Source of the DNA: Octopus sinensis
Taxonomy: Eukaryota
Assembly (NCBI RefSeq): GCF_006345805.1
Contig: NC_043004.1
Span: 92,380,001-92,444,000, forward strand
Length of the DNA: 64,000 nt
Direction of reading: 5' to 3'
Positions within the stretch are counted from its first letter, which is position 1; every line of letters begins with the position of its first letter. Below the pieces are notes generated by a model. The model had not been told where the DNA came from. It did not search any database and worked only from the letters and a program-made list of their open reading frames with translations. Shown in pieces: positions 1-12,946 of the stretch. The position numbers were made by a program, and so were the translations under genes.

Positions 1-89
<89 letters not shown>

Positions 90-192
90 CATACACACAT
101 ACATACATACATACATACATACATACATACATAGACAGAGAGATAGACAGATAGACAGACAGATAGATAGACAGATAGATAGATAGATAGAT
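1..192. repeat. (GATA)n/(GACA)n/(CATA)n compound microsatellite
   Basis: Direct tetranucleotide repetition. Confidence 0.95.
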
Positions 193-732
193 AAGTTTCT
201 TTATTGGCCACACAGGGCTGCACACAGATGGGACAAGTTACAAGGTAGAGCTTTTCTTTTGGGGGATGAAAAAAAACAAAAAACAAAAGAAAAAAAAAGG
301 GGTGGCGTGGGTTTTCGATCAAGAGGGATCGTAAAAGGGGAGAAAAGAACAAAAAAAATAAATAAAAAATAAATAAATAAATAAATAAAATAAAAAATAA
401 AAAGAATAAAAAGAAAAAAAATAGAAAAGGAAAAGGAACAAAAGAAAAGAGAGATGAAAAAAGAAGAAAAAAAGGGGGAAAAAAGGGGGAAGAGGAAAAA
501 AAGAGCGATCAATTGGGATCGTGTATCACAGTGTTATGATATATGGTGTAAAGGGGAAAGCAAGTAAGGTTTATCCGTGGGAAGAAAAGCCTACGAAAAA
601 GACCACGGTAACCTTGGTCAATATTGTTATATGTTACCACATTTGTTTGCAAGTGGGTAACCCTCTGTTTTCAATTTCTGGGTTCATAGGATTATGCTCA
701 AGGTGGCTTCGATAGCGGGTCACCTTAAGCTA
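193..732 (-). mobile_element. Probable 3' end/UTR of a non-LTR retrotransposon (possibly L1/Tx1-like), 5'-truncated
   Basis: Minus strand has T-rich tracts, an AATAAA (plus tttatt 200-205) and then an (ATCT)n tail. No coding remnant seen; clade is from recollection only. Confidence 0.35.
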
Positions 733-740
733 GTATATAT

Positions 741-786
<46 letters not shown>

Positions 787-811
787 GATAGATAGATAGA
801 TAGATAGACAC

Positions 812-882
<71 letters not shown>

Positions 883-1818
883 TGAATATGGGTTTATGTA
901 GACAAGTGTACATCTTTGTGCATGCATGAGTATATACAAGGACGTTTGAAAATATGTCTGTGTAAGTGTGTGTGTATGTTTGTGTTCGTGTGCGTGCCTG
1001 CTTGTGTGTTTGTGTGTGTGTGTCCGTGCTGGTAGATGTATATGTCTGTATGTGTGTAAACCTGTTATGCATCAACCTCCCAAGTTACATCTTGACTCGT
1101 TTAATTGAAGCATTTAATAACTGCGTACCATAAATAATTGGAAATTAGTTTTCCTTATAACCAATGTCTATATAGAATAAATTAACGGAAAGAACAACTC
1201 GCAGATATACTCATACAAAGAAAATATATGTACATTTACCTTACAATAAACTTTCAGTACATCTCTACGTTTCAGCGACTACTCGTTTCTTCAGCCAGTG
1301 GACGCAAAGAGATACGCCTGTAAACTGCTGATGTAAATGTAAAATCAGAAAAAAAAGATTTATCTCATAATTTGACACAAATGAACTGCACAAAGTACAT
1401 CCTAATACTTCTAATCAAGGTATTCAATGAGAGTGCTCTATAACCAATCAGAGAGATTAGTGGGGACTGGAAACAATGTCTTTATGAAATAATTATATCT
1501 ATGTGCACTCTGTTATATATGAATATCACTGTGCCTACTAACTTACGGCTAAATGGACGCTAATATGTGTGTGTTTGTGCATATACACACGTGTTTGTGT
1601 TTCTACGTGAGTGTATATATACTAATATATACATTTTAAAATTAGTATATATACAAATATGTCTCTCTCTCTCTACATCTCTCTCACTCTACCTCTCTCT
1701 CCCCCTCTCTCTCTATATATAGATTAATGCTGTAATCAAAGCACATAATTGTATACATATATACTAACAGGAACTATAATTTTTTTGATGTTGTAATTAT
1801 TATTATTATTATTATTAT

Positions 1819-2305
1819 TGAGTGAGAGAGCGGTGCATGCCATCAAAGTGACACTGGGGTAAAATATATGAAGCCCAGTATGCCCATCTTGACTACCCAT
1901 CTGATAAGGGTACAACAGGCACATGCATCACAACCATGTGTGCGCGACATGTGATCTCATATCAAGATAAACAGAACATGACCTTGCAGGTTAGAATTTT
2001 CTTCTGGTCCCTGAATAAGGGTTGTTTAAGGATGTTGAACGAAACACCCATGTTTCCAGATGTGAATTAATCAAACCCCAAAGAATCTCTCAACACATTG
2101 CTATGCTGCTTCCCCCACTACTTCTGCTCGTGATTGGAGATGCATATATCGTCAGCCACTAAGGGACATGCTAAACTGGTTAAGGTCGAACAACTGATCA
2201 GCAAATCTATGGTATTGAGCAGAATATTTGCTGTAGACCATATTTTATACCAAGACAAAACAATGTACATGATAACGCTTACAATCAGTTAAGATCAGAA
2301 GCCAC
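1819..2305 (-). mobile_element. (AAT)n-flanked interspersed repeat (~580 bp family), 5'-truncated copy
   Basis: Reverse-complement match to 18584-19156 and 48674-48931; same 3' end (...ctctctcactcaataat), different 5' end. Confidence 0.85.
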
Positions 2306-2339
<34 letters not shown>

Positions 2340-2340
<1 letters not shown>

Positions 2341-2430
2341 TATGTTTGACTTTTGCTTTATATTTGTACAAGTTGGTTCCAAGTCTCACCCAGAGACCTC
2401 AAGAGACAACAGGGTTGGAAGTTCATGGAA

Positions 2431-2431
<1 letters not shown>
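2340..2431 (-). mobile_element. Short 3'-terminal fragment of a retroelement embedded in (AAT)n (probably R4/Dong-like UTR)
   Basis: About 90 bp unique segment with (ATT)n on both sides, same layout as the fragments at 19254-20770. Clade inferred from context. Confidence 0.4.
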
Positions 2432-2462
<31 letters not shown>

Positions 2463-2467
<5 letters not shown>

Positions 2468-2545
2468 TCACTGCCTGGAATCGAACTCGGAATCTTAGGG
2501 TTAGTAGCCCGCGCTCTTATCCACTACGCCATATGCCCGTGGGCC
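2463..2545 (-). mobile_element. tRNA-derived SINE head
   Basis: Minus strand reads GCATATGGCGTAGTGGATAAGAGCGCGGGCTACTAACCCTAAGATTCCGAGTTCGATTCCAGGC: A box (TGGCGTAGTGG) and B box (GAGTTCGATTCC), running into (AAT)n. No proper acceptor stem. Confidence 0.7.
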
Positions 2546-3538
2546 ATATGCCCGAAAACACCGATCGAGAATTCCCTATACTGACCTGACAGATTCGGCT
2601 ATTTCTGTTCCCTCATTAGTAACGACTGACTCGACTTCGGCAGATTCCGCAGTGAATTCTTTGTCAGTATATATGTTTCCACCATAAAAATATATGGAGG
2701 ATTAAGTGAATCACTAATGTATACATATTAGAGCATTTTAGCTTTTACTTCTAACAATGTACGTTTTCCTAAAACCCTAGTCATATTTAGCCGTAATTAT
2801 AGTTTTCCTTTTTGGTAAAATATTGTACACTGCCATCTATATTAATTTTCCGTATACAAATTAGCGATTCACTGAATCATCCATAGATTTTTTTTATCGT
2901 GAAACATATATAATGACAGATAATTCAGTCCGGAATCTGCCGAATTCGAGCCAGTCCTTACTGATAAAGCAAAGAAAATCGCTGAAACTGACTGGTCAGT
3001 AAAGGGAATTCTCGATCTGTGTTTCCGGGCAATAATAGTCCCTGTCAGTATAAATATAAAACTAAACGTATTTAAGAAAATCATTCAATTATTGGAGACT
3101 TCACACCTAAAAAAATTACCTACATAAGGAATATTTTTATAAACAATTATTGATGACGTCGCTAAATAACTAAAGAATAAAAACTACAGATAAGGATTCT
3201 CTTTTACGCATAATAGAAACTTAGATACTACACGTCGCAATAATTTTACTTATTATATTAAATCTTTTTATATGATTGACCTTATTATATAATAATTGAA
3301 ACATTATCATAATTGATAATATATACAATTATTGATGGTGTTGCGGGATCACTACAGAATAAAAATTACAGGATTCTACGCTATGCTTAATAGAAGCTGA
3401 GATACTTTACGTCGCGATAATTATCTATTTGCTCAATATGTTTAACCCTTTTATAGGAATTATAAAATCATTATAAAATAATTGGAAAATTATTATAATT
3501 AATAATTGAAATATTTCTAAATAATAATAATTGAATAT

Positions 3539-3629
3539 TTCTAAATTTTTGGCAATATCTTAAAATATTGGCCAACATCTTAAAGTATCGAATTTTTCGA
3601 TACTTTAAGATGTTGCCATAAATTTAGAA
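3539..3629. repeat. Hairpin: perfect 20-bp inverted repeat (3573-3592 / 3596-3615, TTT loop) plus a diverged extra left arm (3539-3567)
   Basis: caacatcttaaagtatcgaa-ttt-ttcgatactttaagatgttg read directly. Confidence 0.9.
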
Positions 3630-3974
3630 AAACATTCAAACGTTTCAGTTTTTATTCTAGACTGATATTTTAGCTGTTCTGATACTGAAGATTAATGTCC
3701 TAGATTACTCTAACAATATGAGATTTTTAGATCAGAGAATACAGTAGGTTGAAATATAATCGTATCATTAAATATTTGTTCTACCAAAGTATTAGTGTTT
3801 ATATTTAGTTCGAATTTTCAACATGTATATGATTTTTCCTACAAATACACAACTATCTATTCATAATAATCCTCCTCCTCCTCCTCTCTCTTTCTCTCTC
3901 TCTCTATCTATCTATATTTCTACCTATCCATCTGACTGTCCGTCTGTCTATCTATGTAGGAATGTATACATGTT

Positions 3975-4018
<44 letters not shown>

Positions 4019-4041
4019 TCTAAAGCGTCACAAACATATGC

Positions 4042-4074
<33 letters not shown>

Positions 4075-4223
4075 ATATATATATATATACGTGTGTGTAG
4101 GTGTGTGCATGTGTGTGTGTGTGTATGTATATATATATGTACGTATATATGTATATATATAGATACACATGTCAATATAAGTGTGTTTTTACATGTGGGT
4201 GTGTTTCTGTACATCTACGTGCG

Positions 4224-4266
<43 letters not shown>

Positions 4267-5745
4267 ATTGTACATTTGTATATATATGTGTGTGTATCTC
4301 TATGCAATTACACACACACGCAAACACGCACACACACTCACACACACACACACATACACACAGACACACACACAGACACACATATATATATATATATATA
4401 TATCCAGGAGTCAGGCGCTTGCATGTGTGTACGTGCGCGCGACTGCTTGTATCTACATAACATTTAGACAATTAATGTCTCTGAGCTATTCTTCTTATAA
4501 GATTAGTGAACGAAAAAAAATCTTTTTACTCTAAAGCTGGAAAAATGTCCTGTTTGTTTTGGCTGATAATACCAATCGTCTAGTTGTTTATTGTATTATT
4601 AGGCAGCCTAAGAAAAAAAGGTGCAGCAGGCTATAAGGTGCATTTCTTATATATATATAATATATATATATAATATATATATATATATACACGTCTAATA
4701 TTTAGTGCCTTCTACTATATTATTTATTTGGTTGAGTGTTTGCTCTGACTATAAATAACATTGTCGTATTTATATTTATATCTATGTCAGAGGATTTTCC
4801 GATATATATATTTTTAGAGTGAAATATAGCGCAACTTAAAACTGGCAGATACTGTTTGTTTGCCACCTTTAGCTCTACGTTGAAAGTGAAGTGTCCTAAT
4901 GATTAAATTATTGGATTTACAATAGTTAGTTCGAGGTTCGAGTCTGAGACTTGGTGTTGTATTCTGTCCTTCAACAGGTTATTTCATTTTACGCTGGTTA
5001 AGTCTGCTATGTTGACCATGAGAGTACCAGCAGCAACTGGGGAGTTGTGCCTTCGTTGAAGGTAGGCACAGTTCAGAGAGAGTAAGATCTTGGACATTCA
5101 GCAGAAACCCGGATATGCTTTGGTCTCATGAGATTAGACGGCAGTAAGAGGACAGTACATAAAAAAATGTCATGCTGTAGTATATAATTTCAATGTGTGA
5201 AGTGTGATCTAGAGGGAAGAAAAGCTACGTTGTAACTTGAACAACGGTTGTTCACATAGGGTTGTTCGATTAAGCCAGCATTGAGCAAGAAAGTGAGAGC
5301 GCTAAATTGTTATACGCTGAATATTTTTAAACTAGGAACGGCGCATTGAATAATATAGTCCGAGGCACATCAGATTGTAATATGGAATGGTCATAACTGA
5401 AAAATGTTTGCTCATATGTCTGTTTAATTAAGGATGCACTGACGCCGAAGAACAACTGGTCTCCACGAGCACAGCTATCATCATTTCTAATGCCATAGCA
5501 CTAGTGTCAGGTTTGATAATGTAATCCCAGATACTTGTAATGGACTATGGTCAGCTCACTCAGGAGTGACCTGATACTAAATAACGTTGATTTTATATTT
5601 CAAATAGAGCAGATCATTGGACTGAGACACCACTGAAACCAACGATGTTGCTAACTGCAACATCATGGAGCTTGCGGTCCACTCGTGCAGTGCTGAAGCG
5701 AGGACCGACGAAAGCAATCGGCGCCTATACGTTTTGCATCTAGAC

Positions 5746-6076
5746 CAGTGGTTCTCAACTGGTGTCCATATGGCCGCTCAGGGTCTATGTAAGATTTTGG
5801 GAGGTTTATGGAAAAGAAATAGGAAATTGGGGATCCACTACAGTACATGAACGGCCTCTGAAAATATTTTGCTTTAAATGTGTGTATTGATATGTACTGC
5901 AAGAAACAACTAGTTTTCTTTCTCTAACATTTTACATAGTCCAAACTACACAAGTTAATTGGTGAATGACAAAATAGAAATTAATATCCATAAAATTAGT
6001 TTTTAAACATTGAATGGTTATGGGAGCCGACCAGAAGAAAAGGGGTCCATGAGTAAGAAATGGTTGAGAACCCCTG
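5746..6076. mobile_element. hAT (Charlie-type) MITE, 331 bp
   Basis: 14-bp TIRs CAGTGGTTCTCAAC / GTTGAGAACCCCTG (1 mismatch); flanking 8-mers ATCTAGAC / TTCTCGAC fit the NTCTAGAN target duplication typical of Charlie elements. Confidence 0.85.
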
Positions 6077-6660
6077 TTCTCGACAATAACTTTGAACCGA
6101 CGGCATTATTGAACCGATGGTGTTATTGAAAACTAAACGAAGGTTTTTAACAGACATATCGGGTCAAAAATAGCTGAGGTAACGGATGAAGCACCTGCAA
6201 TATTTTATGACTTGCTTTGATTTGGTTTGGCAATAGTTTATTGCCAACATTTTGTGTGTCAGTGTGCTGGAAGAAGAAGAAGAAGAAGAAGAAGAAGAAG
6301 AAGAAGAAGAACAACAACAACAACAACAAGAATGGAGGCAAAAAACTTGTCAGAATTGAATCTAACGTTGCTCCAGAAACAAGTTCATGAGTTGGGATAT
6401 TATTAGCGTTCTCCTTTCAATATTGATTCTAAATATTTCCATTTTAAAGCCAGATCAAATATCAGAAACGCTCTATCTTTTCCCGTCATTAACACTTTAC
6501 AAGTTTACTGAAACGAAATCAGTATCAATTAACTACTTTAAGTGTTTTCTCGCATGTTTTTTTGCATATATATATACATACATACGTATACACATGGACG
6601 TGGCGTGCATATATATATATATATATATATGTGCGTGTATATGTGATGTTTGTATGTGTT

Positions 6661-6698
<38 letters not shown>

Positions 6699-6733
6699 TT
6701 TCTGTAAATTTCAACTATATATATATACATATA

Positions 6734-6918
6734 TATAGTTGAAATTTATAGAAAAACAAAAAACTAAGACGGGTGTATGAACAAGAAGCTAGTGTATTAG
6801 TTTGACGCTCGGGAAAACGAACAAAGTATTTTACGTTTCGAGCCTACGCTCTTCAACAGAATGGAATAAGAAAAAATAATCAGGAGGATGAAAAAAAGCG
6901 GTCCAGCATGGCGAGTAC
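6734..6918 (-). mobile_element. Short PLE-like terminal-repeat remnant with degenerate hammerhead core (6828-6862)
   Basis: Homologous to 30066-30211 in opposite orientation; minus strand CTGTTGA-A-GAGC-GTAG-GCTC-GAAAC-GTA. Confidence 0.55.
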
Positions 6919-6951
6919 ATATATAAATGCAATTTGTATATGGATGTATCA

Positions 6952-7008
<57 letters not shown>

Positions 7009-7031
7009 CATGTATGTATGTATACATATGA

Positions 7032-7066
<35 letters not shown>

Positions 7067-7299
7067 ATATAGATGGAATATAAGAGAACTTGTAAATCAC
7101 GACATTTCGACACATCTAGTATCGATCCCTCATGGGTGGAACACTCAACAAGTGGTTAAGAATCATCCGGCGGTACAGATGTAAGTCGTCGGGTAATAAA
7201 TAGAATTTCTAAAAGACTCTGGAGATGCCTACATGCATATAAACGCACAATGCAATTGTGATTAATAAATTCTCGTATATTCCATCTCCGTCTTTCATT

Positions 7300-7340
<41 letters not shown>

Positions 7341-9306
7341 TTTCAATCATGTGGTCAAGGTGGGATGACGGCTTTCAATATTTAGTCGATTGCATGGATG
7401 TTGTATGTATGTATGTATGTTAATGCATATTAAATATTTGTAAGCGTCTATATCAAATATTTCTCTGTATGTTCGTATATCTACACAAACGCACGCACAC
7501 ATATACATATAGTTGTGAATAATGTTTGTACACACACACACATACATAGGGGCATACATATATACATATATGCATGCTTATACAGAGATACACACACACA
7601 TACACCATCACACATATACGTATACGTATAAGATGTAATTGTTCAAGTATATTTAAGTAGCATTTCTTTCTCTGCACACGTACTCTAATACTCTATTAGT
7701 CTCTCAGTTTAAGTATCCTCAGCTATCGCTCTTTCTCTCCTTCATGCTGTGTTTATTTCTAGCTCTTTATCTATCTCCCACTTTTCTGATTAATCTCTCT
7801 TTCTGTATCTCCTGTTCCCCACTCCCTCTTACTCTCTCTCTCTCTCTTTCTCTCAACCACCCCCTCTCTCTATTTACTTTTGCACCCTCTAACTGTATTT
7901 CTGTATCGATTCAACTCTTACTTCTTTCTCTTTCATATGATGTCTGTGTGCATGTCCAGTCCACATTTAATCTTTATGAAATGCCATTCTTCAATGAAAT
8001 ATGTCCAATTACAATAGATATCGAAATACTTAAGACAAAACCATTCCAGGCTTGCGTACGTAGCTCTAATTATTCTAATTTACCACTTGAAATTTCATCT
8101 GCTCTCCAGAAATTTCTGTTGAGAAAGAATCCAATACTACATTAGCAAACGTCACCACCACGCCGCAGTTTGCTAATGTTATAGCTGTTTATAGATCTAT
8201 GGGGATAACTATTTGTCTGTCTGTGATTACACAAACATATGCACACACATACATATGTATGTGAGAGTGGTGCAAGCTGAGCTAAAAGTTAAATACCCAG
8301 GCGTAGATATCACCTTCAATACAGTTAAGCATCGTAACTAAATGAATATCACACACATAATTACAAAAGGAAAACATTGATAAAATACCAGATATTATTA
8401 CAACACATTGAGAAAAAGTGGATATTAAGAAAAACAATCAAATATTTTGCCTAAATTAGAGCAGCAAAATACATATAGAGAAAATACCTCAACAAATCTA
8501 GAATTGATACAGCAAATTGTTTTACTCAATATAACGGCTAGGAAAGCTTTAATCTTATAAAATATCGACAGTATTGTATGCAAACTTTGAGGGACCGGTT
8601 CGCATATCACCTCATATTTTCAAGAATAAAGAGATCTCTGTAGAAAATGTTAGCAAAAAGTGCGGGAACAAAAGCTCTTTACATTAGTAGAAGTGAGAGC
8701 GGCTTTGAAGCACATTATCTGAATGACAGATCTATCTTGCATGAATGAAAACAGCACTACTAGCTACCATGGAGCTCAGAAGTACTACATAATAACAAGC
8801 TCAACACATCTTTTAGTAGAGTTGGGGCAGAAATAACTGAAGTACTGACATAAAAATAAGAGCTATGTAACATACACCAGCAAACCAACAGGACCAAATT
8901 AAGTTACGGAAATTGACTACACTTTGTCCTCTGCTTTTTGGCGCCGAGGAAGAAAGTTTGAATGCTGGAAATATTTCTTTGCTGCTGCTTATAGAGAGGA
9001 GAATCCTGAACATGTTTCAGAATATTTTTTACTCGTTAGGAAAGGCAACCATACCATAATAATATTTCTTCTACTACCATTACTTCTTTGAAATATTCGG
9101 CTGCAGTCAAACCCTTATACCACCAGCAAATGTTTATGTTCATTATATTAACTACAGTACTGTTACTTCTTTCTTCGATTTCAGAAGACACGAAACGCAA
9201 AGCTGACAACTGCATAATGGGGTGTATATTTCTGTCAGAGATAGAACCTACAAGTTATTTCTTTTCGAATGCATCGGTTTACCGTTTTTTCCCCACCACA
9301 TTAAAA

Positions 9307-9407
<101 letters not shown>

Positions 9408-9986
9408 ATACATAAATAATATTTATATTTAGATATATAATGTGTGTGTGTGTGTGTGTTTGTGTTCATATCTATTTAGCTCTCTCTCTCTCTCTCTTTG
9501 TCTGTCTCTGTCTCTCTGTCTCTGTCTCCCTCTCTTTCTCTCTCTCTCTCTATATATATATATAGAGAGAGAGAGAGACAGACATACATACAGACAGACA
9601 GAGACTGAGGGAGAAAGAGAGATAGAGAGAGAGAGAGCTAGATAGATATGAACACAAACACACACACATATATAAATATTATTTATGTATATTTATTTAT
9701 TTGTTCGAGAGAATATCAATAAAAAGATATTAACAAACAATGAAAATTTTATAGAATATATTTACATGAGTTGTCCCATAATTGTATGGTATAATTATAT
9801 CCTAACAGCTGTTTCGACTTACCATGTGGATTGCTGACATCATTATGCTTACATGTAATTTCATAATATACAAAATAATATTCACAATTCAAAGAAACAG
9901 CTATAAATGTGTGATAATGTCCTGCAAGATTATGTAACTCACTCGAATATATTCCAAAGCCCTAGGCTTGATTTTCATCTCTCTTT

Positions 9987-10392
9987 ATACTCTACTCTTT
10001 TACTTGTTTCAGTCAATTGACTGCAGCCATGCTGGAGCACCGCCTTTAGTCGAGCAAATCGACCCCGGGACTTATTTTTCGTAAGCCCAGTACTTATTCT
10101 ATCGGTCTCTTTTGCCGAACCACTAAGTGACGGGGACGTAAACACACCAGCATCGGTTGTCAAGCAATGCTAGGGGGACAAACACAGACACACAAACACA
10201 CACACACACACATACATATATATATACATATATACAACAGGCTTCTTTCAGTTTACCAAATCCACTCACAAGGCTTTGGTCGGCCTGGGGCTATAGCAGA
10301 AGACACTTGCCCAAGGTGCCACGCAGTGGGACTGAACCCGGAACCATGCGGTTGGTCAGCAAGCTACTTACCACACGGCCACTCCTGCGCCT
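9987..10392 (-). mobile_element. tRNA-derived SINE family B, full length
   Basis: Pol III-like head (AGGCGCAGGAGTGGC...GGTTCAGTCCC), internal CA/TA microsatellite, (GAGTAAAA)-type tail; matches 32155-32574, 36237-36646, 56371-56777. Confidence 0.9.
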
Positions 10393-10622
10393 ATGTACAT
10401 GCATATACAAGCATGCATAAATATTTATATGTTTGTGTAAATGTGTGTGCGTGTGTGTGTGTGCATGAATGGGTGTGTGTCGCTGTGCGCGAGTTCAATG
10501 AGGCTCCACGCAGTTATCACCTACCTAATCATGTTCAAATCACAGCAGCTAGTCTTGATGACGTGCCACTGCACTGAAACGTGGGCGCGAAGCAAACTCC
10601 TCCAGTAGGTGGCCATACTTAC

Positions 10623-10665
10623 CATCTATCCGGTAACTGGTTTGTTCTCTCGTCCGCTTAAAGCT
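10623..10665 (-). other. Candidate 43-nt exon (unverified)
   Basis: Acceptor ctactctccaattttcag|, donor ATG|gtaagtat, one open frame SFKRTREQTSYRID. No homology recognised. Confidence 0.3.
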
Positions 10666-10775
10666 CTGAAAATTGGAGAGTAGATCCACCTCCTGATTAT
10701 TTGCGAATCTGAATATGTGTATCTTACTGCTCAGAACCTATTGTGAAATGAGTGCTTGAATATATAAGGGAAAGC

Positions 10776-11007
10776 GGCGAGCTGGCAGAAACGTTAGCAC
10801 ACCGGGCGAAATGCGTTGCAGTATTTCGTCTGCCGTTACGTTCCGAGTTCAAATTCCGCCGATGTCGACTTTGCCTTTCATCCTTCCGGGGTCGATAAAT
10901 TAAGTACCAGTTACGCACTGGTGTCGATGTAATCGACTTAATCCGTTTGTCTGTCCTTGTTTGTCTCCTCTGTGTTTAGCCCCTTGGGGGTAGTAAAGAA
11001 ATATATG
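10776..11007 (+). mobile_element. tRNA-derived SINE family A with 11-bp TSD
   Basis: Head GGCGAGCTGGCAGAA...GAGTTCAAATTCC, central GCCTTTCATCCTTCCGGGGTCGATAAATTAAGTACCAG; TSD TAAGGGAAAGC at 10765-10775 and 11008-11018. Confidence 0.92.
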
Positions 11008-11761
11008 TAAGGGAAAGCTTTGAAGTGAAAATTTCAATAGTGAATTACGAATGCTGAAAGATGGAGTCTCCTTATAGAAATTGCAAACCTAATAGTAATG
11101 GTCATTGCTGCGACAACTTTGCTTTCTCTCACGTATTTCTAAGTTGATATCAGTACAGAGCAGTTGTATGTGCGTTTACGTGTCTCTTCGTAGACACATA
11201 GCCATATGCATATGTGTGTAAATGTGTTTGCATACCTGTGATAGCATATGTGTATAAATTGTGTATATATGCAAGTATGTGTGCGTAGGTGTATTTTTCG
11301 TGTTCACTATTCTATGCTGCTTCGTTCGTTCGTTCTTTTCATTTTATACAATTAACCAACTTCTCCAAAAACTTATTTCCTCATCTTGTTTTTGATGATG
11401 AGTGAATAAATATGTCCGCTTGACATCTCGTAAAAGGAAGGCGTGCCAAAACGAGACGTAGTGGGGGCAGAAGTGGTGGTGGTGGTAGTGGTAGTGGTGG
11501 TGGTGATTTTAAGTAAAAGAAAAGAGAGTGAACAGTAGTCAAGTAAAGAAAATGAACAAAAGTAAAACAAAGATGAGCAGAGGAAGCAGTGTGACATGGC
11601 ACCATTTATCATTGATTCATTCCTTTGATTTAGTTCTTCAAATTAAATGTGACAAACGTACAGTTCTCTGAAAGCGATCTTTTAAAGTAAAGTTGATTGT
11701 ACTGTGTCTCGAAAATCGTTTTCGCAGACGTTTTGATGATTTAATTTAGCTTAAGATTAAG

Positions 11762-12342
11762 ACTGCGAGTTGCCAGAATCGTTAGCGCGCCGGACGAAAT
11801 GCTTGGCGGTATTTCGTCTGCCGCTACGTTCTGAGTTCAAATTCCGCCGAGGTCGACTTTGCCTTTCATCCTTTCGGGTTCTATTAAATAAGTACCAGTT
11901 ACGCACTGGGGTCGATATAATCCACTTAATCCGTTTGTCTGTCTTTGTTTGTCCTCTCTGTGTTTAGCCCCATGTGGGTAGTAAAGAAATACGTATTTCG
12001 TCTGCCGCTACGTTCTGAGTTCAAATTCTGCCGAGGTCGACTTTGCCTTTCATCCTTTCGGGTTCGATTAAATAAGTACCAGTTACGCACTGGGGTCGAT
12101 ATAATCGACTTAATCCGTTTGTCTATCCTTGTTTGTCCTCTCTGTGTTTAGCCCCTTGTGGGTAGTAAAGAAATACGTATTTTGTCTGCTGCTACGTTCT
12201 GAGTTCAAATTCTGCCGAGGTCGACTTTGCTTTTCATCCTTTCGGGGTCGATAAATTAAGCACCAGTTATGTACTGGGGTCGATCTAACCGATTGGCCCC
12301 CTCTCCAAAAATTTCGGGCCTTTTGCCTAGAATAGAAAAGAA
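11762..12342 (+). mobile_element. SINE family A tandem array: one head plus 184-bp units starting at 11809, 11993 and 12177
   Basis: Units repeat with exact 184-bp period; the third ends in the alternative (A') tail. Confidence 0.9.
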
Positions 12343-12635
12343 TTTAGTTTAAGATAGGGTTGGTTGAATGTGGGTTTGGTTTGTCTTTTTTTTCTGCTTA
12401 TACAATTGCCTTGTGTTTAGTTACGTCGTTTTGCATTCGGTGTTCTAATCCTGCCAAGATCGGCTTCATCTTTTATTCTAAGTCAAATACAGGAAACAGA
12501 TTGAGTCGACTATAATTTCTCTTGAAATATGTTACCGTGCGCCTATGTTAACAATAATAATTTGATGATGATAAAAAGAGAAATGGAAAGCAGAATCGGC
12601 CGAACACGAAACAAAATACCTTGTACCTTGTAATA

Positions 12636-12946
12636 TCGGGGACCCCCTTCGGTCACGACACTGACCATGGGATTGCAACTAGAAAGTTACCCTCCTAGTC
12701 ACAAGTCTGGGCAAGGTGGTTTATGGAAGACCAGCAGTCGCCCATGCATACCGGCCTCCCCTCTCCACGCCATCAGTGTTATCCAAGGGAAAGGCAAAGG
12801 CCGATACAGCTTGGCACCTGTGACGTCGCAGCTCATATTTACAGCAGAGCGAACTGGAGCAACGTGAAATAAAGTGCCTTGCTCAAGAACACAACACGCA
12901 GCCCGGTCCGAGATTCGAGCTCACAACCTCACGATCGTAAGCTCGA
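12636..12946 (-). mobile_element. tRNA-derived SINE family D
   Basis: Minus strand B-box-like head followed by GTGTTGTGTTCTTGAGCAAGGCACTTTATTTCACGTTGCTCCAGTTC, a body shared with 22402-22532, 25549-25824 and 63743-64000. Confidence 0.75.

Noticed and set aside
2463-2545. Genuine tRNA gene (also heads at 25855, 49843, 53212, 62505, 63743)
   Set aside because: A and B boxes are present but there is no complete cloverleaf or acceptor stem, and the heads run into SINE bodies or repeats.
9823-9921. 99-nt minus-strand exon, phase-compatible with the 10665-10623 candidate
   Set aside because: Open and symmetric, but the acceptor is weak and the donor overlaps GAAACAGCTGT, a PLE/hammerhead-like remnant, so coincidence is likely.
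10615-10626. U1 snRNA 5' end (ATACTTACC)
   Set aside because: Only nine bases match and no U1 body follows; better read as a minus-strand splice donor.
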